Made by a program: the position numbers and the translations under genes. Of a stretch of DNA of 64,000 bases, positions 57,165 to 64,000 are shown in pieces. The stretch lies in contig OZ024747.1 of NCBI GenBank assembly GCA_964016885.1, forward strand, positions 72,230,001-72,294,000. Reading direction: 5' to 3'. The stretch is from Eledone cirrhosa (taxonomy: Eukaryota). How positions within the stretch are numbered: the first letter of the stretch is position 1; each line of letters starts with the position of its first letter. Under the pieces are notes generated by a model. That model ran no database searches and had not been told where the DNA came from. It saw nothing but the letters and a program-made list of their open reading frames with translations.

Positions 57165-59390
57165 ATGGAATTCTTTAGGATTTCTTCTTCTCTAAAAGAT
57201 GTACCCTTTCCTAGAAATAAGGAATATGTAAAACAACTCATAGAGAAATCTAACTCCTTTATACGAAGACTTAGATGGCGTGCTTTCCATTTTAATAAAA
57301 CATCGGAGGACAATATAAATAAATCCAGTTACAACTTCGATCTTATCTTCAAATCTAAGAAGAATCCACCTAGCAACAAACTACTAGCCGAATTTGAAAA
57401 TGAATTAATCTCTATTATACAAAAGATTAAATTCAAAAGAAACCAATTTATCGGCCAGGAGTACCTTAAAGGCCTCAAGAATAAAATAGACAATCTAGAA
57501 AAAACAAAGAGGATCCTGGTAAGATCTGACAAAACAAATAATTTATATGGTATGGAAAAGGACGAATATAATAACCTTATATTGAAAGAATTCAGGAAAA
57601 ATTACAAAATAACATCAAATGAAGATCTTTCAACGTTAAATAGGGAAGCTTCGGAAATTATTTATAAATTAGGCATTGAAAATAGGACCGAGCCTTTTAT
57701 ACCTAGAAAACCGAAGATTAACCTGAAGGACCACAAAAGAAATATGGAAATTGAACTACCAGTCAGACTCATCGCACCATCTAAATCGGACTTAGGCATA
57801 ATTAGCAAGCATATATTAGATAGAATTATACCACTGCTTAAAGAAAAATCACAGCTTAAACTATGGAACGGTAATAATGAAGTTATAGATTGGTTTAATA
57901 ACATAACTTTAAAACATAACAAAAAATTCATTCAAATGGATATTGCAAATTACTACTCCTCTATTACCCCCTAGCTTACTTAATAAGGCACTTATCTACG
58001 CTTCTAAATATACAGACCTATCTAGTGAAGAAATGAATATCGTAAAACCCTAATAGAATTTAATAATCATCTCTGGACAAGGGCGGACAGGAAAAACAAT
58101 TTTGATATCACTGTGGAATCATCTGACTCGGCACAAGTAACGGACCTCGTTGGATTATTTATTAATAATGTACTGCATAGGAAAATACCAGAGATGACCG
58201 GAGGTTTATATCGCGACGATATGTTACTTTTAATTGAAAACCATAGCAATAGTGAAATTAATAGGAAAAGGAAATCCATAATACAATTTTTCAACAACTA
58301 CAACCCTAATTTAGAAATCGAGAATAATTATAAAATCGTTAACTTCTTAGACGTAACCTTAAACCTTAGCACAGGTCTATCCGTTCCATAGAATTATCGA
58401 AAATCTAAATTACGTAAGTTTCAATACTAATCATCCTAGAAATATTAAAAACACTATTGTCAATAGCGTTCAACAGCGGATTTCGCGCATCTCTGCTTAT
58501 AAACATATTTTTGATGATAAGGTAGAATATTACAATGAAGCTTTACATAGAGCAGGATATTCGAATCAAATAAATACATAGATAACAATAACATGATAAA
58601 TCATCCTAGAATTAATTATAATAATAATAAACAATTTAACTTAAACACTAAACCAAACAAAACAACTAGAACTAGAAATATTATCTGGTACTGTCCTCCA
58701 TTCTCGTTAAAACACCTTTAGCAAAGCTATTTTTAAAGCACTAGATAAATGTTTTCCTAAAGCCCTCAGATACCACTCTATTTTTAACAGGCACACTATA
58801 AAACTATCCTACTCGACTACTATGAACATAGCACAAAATATAAATAGAATTAATAATAGAAACTTAAATTTAAACCCTAACCAAACTAACCAAGATAACA
58901 ATAATAATATTTCTAATAACAATATTCAGAATAATAGTACTGTTCCGAACAACAACAACTCCAGAAAATGTAACTGTAGAATTAAATCAAACTGCCTTTT
59001 ACAAAATAACTGCTTAGACAAAAACGTAATTTATAAATGCACAGTTAAAACTAGAGACAAAGTATTTAACTATATTGGTGCCACTTCTACAAAATTCAAA
59101 GAACGCTGATATAACCATAAACGCACATTTAATAGATCCGATAAAAAAATCTTCCACTTCACTTTCACATTTAATTTGGAACTTAAAAGACAACAATATA
59201 GACTATTCGATATTTTGGGGAACGATTTCGAAAGCACCTGCATACCGAAATATGGTTTTCTCAAGATTCTGTAACTTGTGTATCGAGGAAATCTTTTATA
59301 TAATTAACTGTCAAAACTCTATTAATCTTAAAACAGAATTATTTTCTAGTTGCAGACATCGCCAAAATTCCACTTTCAGAAGTATGTTTA
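57165..59390 (+). pseudogene. Second Naiad-like PLE ORF (RT plus GIY-YIG), full-length but degraded
   Basis: N-terminal FIRRLRWRAFHF, LKDHK, SDSAQVTDLVG, GLYRDD, VNFLDV, CNCR..CL, VIY..YIG, CNLC..E, CRH; several stops and frameshifts. Confidence 0.9.
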
Positions 59391-60127
59391 ATTTATTATA
59401 TTCATTACACTTGACTAAATCTTATACACCTTCAAAATGATACAATTTTCTTTAAAAATTTAAATTTTTTAAAATGATATTCCTTCGTTTTTTTAAAAAT
59501 ATTTCTACTATTTTTACCATTTGACATTAATTTTTTTAATTTTTCAATATATTTTTTTACTATTTTTACTTTTTAACATTATTTTCTTAATGATACCTCT
59601 CTAAATATATTGTTTTAGATGTAGATTGATAATCTTTAATTGACATTCTGAAAGTTTATCCTCTTTACGATAGTTCTTTGAAATGCACATTACTTTTTCC
59701 TCTTCTTTTTATCTTCAAACTTTCACACATCTTTCGACTAAAATAATATATAATTGAAATTAATCTCACACAAAATAATATATAATTTTCTCTATATATT
59801 TTCTGAATAAATCATTCATCAAATTTAACGGTTAACAAACAAGATTGGAGTTACCTTTCCCTTTTCAATAGCAAACATAAACATTATATTATAATATAAT
59901 ATGCATGATAAACTATATAACTTCAATTAATTAACAATATTCGGAAAACATTTTCAATGTTGAAACAAATATTTGATCTACAAATTGTTCTCCTCTTACA
60001 ACTTGAACTACGTGTTTTTTTTTAATGTAAAATGGAAAATAAACATCCTTCGTAACTCATATTAGAAATGTAAACAACTAATAATTGTAAATTATTTCCA
60101 TTTCTATAATACATGCACAATTATTAA

Positions 60128-60194
<67 letters not shown>

Positions 60195-60708
60195 TGACAA
60201 CCTATTGAAATGTAATAAGATAAAATCTACTTACAACCATAATACTTTATATAATCTAATTGATTATATATACAATACTCCTAATATAGCTAAATAAATT
60301 TAAATTCTGGAATCATATTCCACCATTCCAGGAAATTGTTAATTCCTTTTAAATTAACGTAAATACAAGCTCTTCTTTCTTTTTTTCTTCTTCTGCCTAC
60401 TCATACATACATATATCCTAAATATTTAAATTCTGCGTAGCGCCTAAAATAACGTTTTTTCAGCCCTATACCTCATTTGCATACTCGTCTTAATTTGAAA
60501 TATCTGACTTTTCTTCTCTTTTCCTTCACTATCCAAGAAAAACTTGAACCGTTAAGGTATCTTTTCTTGGTTATGTCAAAATCTATAAAACAAACTTTGT
60601 ATTTTATCTAATGAAAGCGTACCAAAATTTTGGTACCCTTGAAATATATATATAACAGAATAAATATGGTTTTATAAAATTAGTTTCCACTTATTAAATA
60701 TCATTGTG

Positions 60709-60796
<88 letters not shown>

Positions 60797-60935
60797 TATA
60801 TACACATATATGCATATACAGATATAAATATATATATGTTATATATATATATATTGTAAATATATATATATATATCGTATATATATATATGTATTATATA
60901 TATATATATATACATGTTATATAATATATATATAT

Positions 60936-61023
<88 letters not shown>

Positions 61024-61249
61024 AATGTAATCTAAGTTTTTCGAATATTAATAATAACATTCGATTCGTTTGCAATTATGCAAACAAGCCTCATGAACGG
61101 AAAAAGCAATGAACGGAAAATAGCGAACATAATACGTCATCAATGTTCGTCAGAATGTCGTAATCAGACACCCAGGCATACAGACAGATATTATAAGGGC
61201 GCAACGGAGATGGATAACCGGCGCCTAAGACCCCTTTAACAACAGAAAA

Positions 61250-61403
61250 TTGAAAAATAAAAGCTGCAGTTAATATCTTTAGACCGCGAGGAATATATAA
61301 ATAAAAGTTTGAAGTCAATCGGAGTAGAAATGTGGATATGTATCGACTTTGCAAAAATGAGCACACACACACAGACAACTACAGTTTTCTATATATGTAT
61401 AGA
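61250..61403 (-). mobile_element. Probable Helitron 5' end fragment
   Basis: Resembles 28740-28868 (cagacaac.acagtttt.tatata..aga). No CTAG end found. Confidence 0.45.
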
Positions 61404-61429
61404 TAGATAAACATATATTTATTTTTAGA

Positions 61430-61730
61430 ACAGATTAGAAAGTTAAACAATCATTTTAAGTTTTCTCCCTAAAGCGGGATCTTCACGAACTGAAAAATAA
61501 CAATCTCTGGACGCAGAAGTAAATATTCCAAAACCCATTACGGCCAAATAATGTCTTTGGAAAATAGAAAGGCATAATATCTTCATCTGTTACTGTCATG
61601 TCTTTTAGTTTCCAAAGGCAATATTTGGTCGCAATTTCATTCTGTGTTCACAGATTGGTATTTCTCAGTTTCAGAAGATCCCGCTTGAGGGAGAAAGCAG
61701 AAATTGTTTGCTTACTCCTCTAATCTGTGG
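61430..61730. repeat. Old diverged fold-back with a CAGAAGA hammerhead at 61667-61716 (+)
   Basis: Imperfect inverted arms; AGTTT-CAGAAGA-TCCC gcttga GGGA-GAA-AGCA..TGCT-T-ACT. Confidence 0.6.
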
Positions 61731-61817
61731 TAATAGCCACCACAACACCGAACACACAAACACACACACACACACGCACACACACACACATATATATATA
61801 TAATGTATATATTTATA

Positions 61818-61866
<49 letters not shown>

Positions 61867-61917
61867 TATAAGAACAGATTAAAGTTGAAGCAAAGAATCG
61901 CTGCTTTCACGCTTAAC

Positions 61918-62009
<92 letters not shown>

Positions 62010-62014
62010 ATCTA

Positions 62015-62045
<31 letters not shown>

Positions 62046-62062
62046 ATCTATATATATATATG

Positions 62063-62094
<32 letters not shown>

Positions 62095-62095
62095 A

Positions 62096-62184
62096 ACCTG
62101 TTGGAGACGTAGGACATGGCAGCGATAATGAGGGACAGAGACCGCTGAAGAGAACTCGTCCATGGATCTCGGGAATTTTACCCG

Positions 62185-62190
<6 letters not shown>
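62096..62190 (+). mobile_element. RTE extreme 3' fragment inside (TA)n
   Basis: Matches the reverse complement of 13185-13278. Confidence 0.85.
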
Positions 62191-62233
<43 letters not shown>

Positions 62234-62375
62234 CAATACATATATATATATATATATATATAATGTAGAGTTATCCACTCATAATAATACCCTGCAATAA
62301 TTAAGCTCAAAGTAAAAGAACAACGTGGTCTTGCTACCTTGTAATTCTAAACACACATTTTACTGTGTTCATTCC

Positions 62376-62423
<48 letters not shown>

Positions 62424-62520
62424 CACGTATTTGGTCCATGTAGCGCTGGTCAGCATAACTAGGATATTGCGTTTCGCTTTGTTTTCGACAACAGCCGAAA
62501 TCGGATCTCGCTGGAATTAC

Positions 62521-62559
<39 letters not shown>

Positions 62560-62778
62560 GAGGTTATATTTAATTTGTTGGGATTCAACAAGCTTAAAAG
62601 ACTACCCACCAAATTTCAACCGTTAAGGTTATCTTTTTTCCGGGTATGTCAATATTTATTTATAAAACAAATCTGTATTTATCTGATGAAAGCGCACCAT
62701 AATTTACCTTGGTCGCCCTTGAAATATATATAATAAAATAAATATGGTATTATAAATAAAGTATCCATTTATTAATAT

Positions 62779-62828
<50 letters not shown>

Positions 62829-62832
<4 letters not shown>

Positions 62833-63246
62833 GGGGCTCCCAAAGGAGCACTGAGTGCAATGTCAACTCTGGATGTCGGTGATCATGTCCAGCTAACCTC
62901 AGTCTCCTCTGTGTCACTTTTGAGCTGACTTTTGGGATGCCTCCATACAGCTCTGAGTTTTTCATCCTCAGTGTATAATGATTAATGTTCAGAGCCATCC
63001 TCAGCATTCTCGTGTAGCACCCATCCACCATCTGAGTGAGTTTCTTGGTCAGTGTCCAAGTCTCAGACCCATACTTTGGGAGCCCCTACATAGAAGAGGA
63101 AGACCAAGGTTAACGTATGTTGATGCCCTAAGGACAGACACTGGTCTATTGGAGACGCAGGACATGGCAGCGATAATGAAGGACAGAGACCGCTGGAGGG
63201 AACTCGTCCATGGATCTCGGGAATTTCACCCGCCTTAGAATAGAAT
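62829..63246. mobile_element. RTE 3' fragment with 5' inversion
   Basis: 62829-63074 matches 13342-13586 on the same (minus) strand. 63075-63246 is the terminal part on the plus strand. Confidence 0.9.
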
Positions 63247-63399
63247 ATATATATATATATATATACAATATATTAATAAATGGAAAATATATTTCTAAAA
63301 CCATATCTATTTTATTATTTTCCATCTTGACGTAATAGTCACTTATATGTATGAATTACTTTTGGCTTCTTGCTCACATTAATTTCTCTATTTTCATTC

Positions 63400-64000
63400 A
63401 GAGTATATTCAGAATATATTGAGGAGCCAGAACCAAATGGGGAAAAATGGTAAATAATGATACAAATGGGACCTGCCCCTTGTATAGGAGCAAATTTTGG
63501 AATAGAATAGAAAGAACTAGGAATAAGGTTAATAGAATAAACTCATGGTATGATAGCAATAAATACCAGAGTGTAATGTTCATCAATGCAACCCCTAGAG
63601 GTGAATTAGTTTACAAATTTAGAAGGGCCCTAGATAAACTTAATATTAAGATAGTAGAAAGACCAGGTACCTCCATAAAAACACTTATTAGCAATACATA
63701 CCCTTTTCAAAGACCTCCCTGTATAGATAAGAAATTCATAATCTGTAAACAAAGCCGCCATATTAACTGTAAAACTAGAAATGTAGTATATAGCATAAGA
63801 TGTACTGAAGGACAATGTAAAGATAAGAATATAGTGTACATAGGTGAGACAGCTCGTAGTATAGGGGAACGGATAAATGAATACTGGCGAGAACTTCAAG
63901 ATAAAAAAGAATCATCAATACTCCACCAACATGCTAAAATAGGACATAAGGGCAAATTAGAGACCATAGAAATAAAAATAGAATCTACACACAGAAAAGA
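63400..64000 (+). mobile_element. Degraded PLE fragment (Nematis-like linker plus GIY-YIG)
   Basis: PLYRSKFWNRIER..WYD..YQSVMFINATPRGEL; VERPG; CKTRNVVYSIRC..VYIGETARSIGERINE..LHQH. Clade assigned from remembered motifs. Confidence 0.75.

Noticed and set aside
59101-59115. In-frame TGA as selenocysteine (described for some Naiad PLEs)
   Set aside because: The TGA is at an aromatic-residue position (KER*YNH, probably from TGG), not a conserved Cys. The Cys motifs of both elements use TGY codons, and the stop in the first element is TAA.

Overview
AT-rich, repeat-saturated eukaryotic DNA with no recognisable host gene. The SINE families and the microsatellite load resemble an octopus genome; this is recognition from memory, not a database result. 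The window contains two R4/Dong-type LINE pieces and a near full-length Tx1/L1-clade LINE sharing one (ATT)n tract, several RTE LINE fragments, two Naiad-like Penelope-like elements (PLEs; RT plus C-terminal GIY-YIG), a Nematis-like PLE fragment, two complete non-autonomous Helitrons, many SINEs and a 4.9-kb 35-bp minisatellite. The most striking pattern is a set of short islands embedded in (TA)n arrays. At least 10 carry a hand-foldable minimal type-I hammerhead ribozyme (HHR), several with recurrent non-canonical cores (CAGAAGA, CCGANGA, a U.U pair at the base of stem II). Many are fold-back palindromes, some turning at or beside the ribozyme, and most have a GAGTGY/GAGTAC motif shortly before the (TA)n junction. 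All folds and alignments were done by eye.
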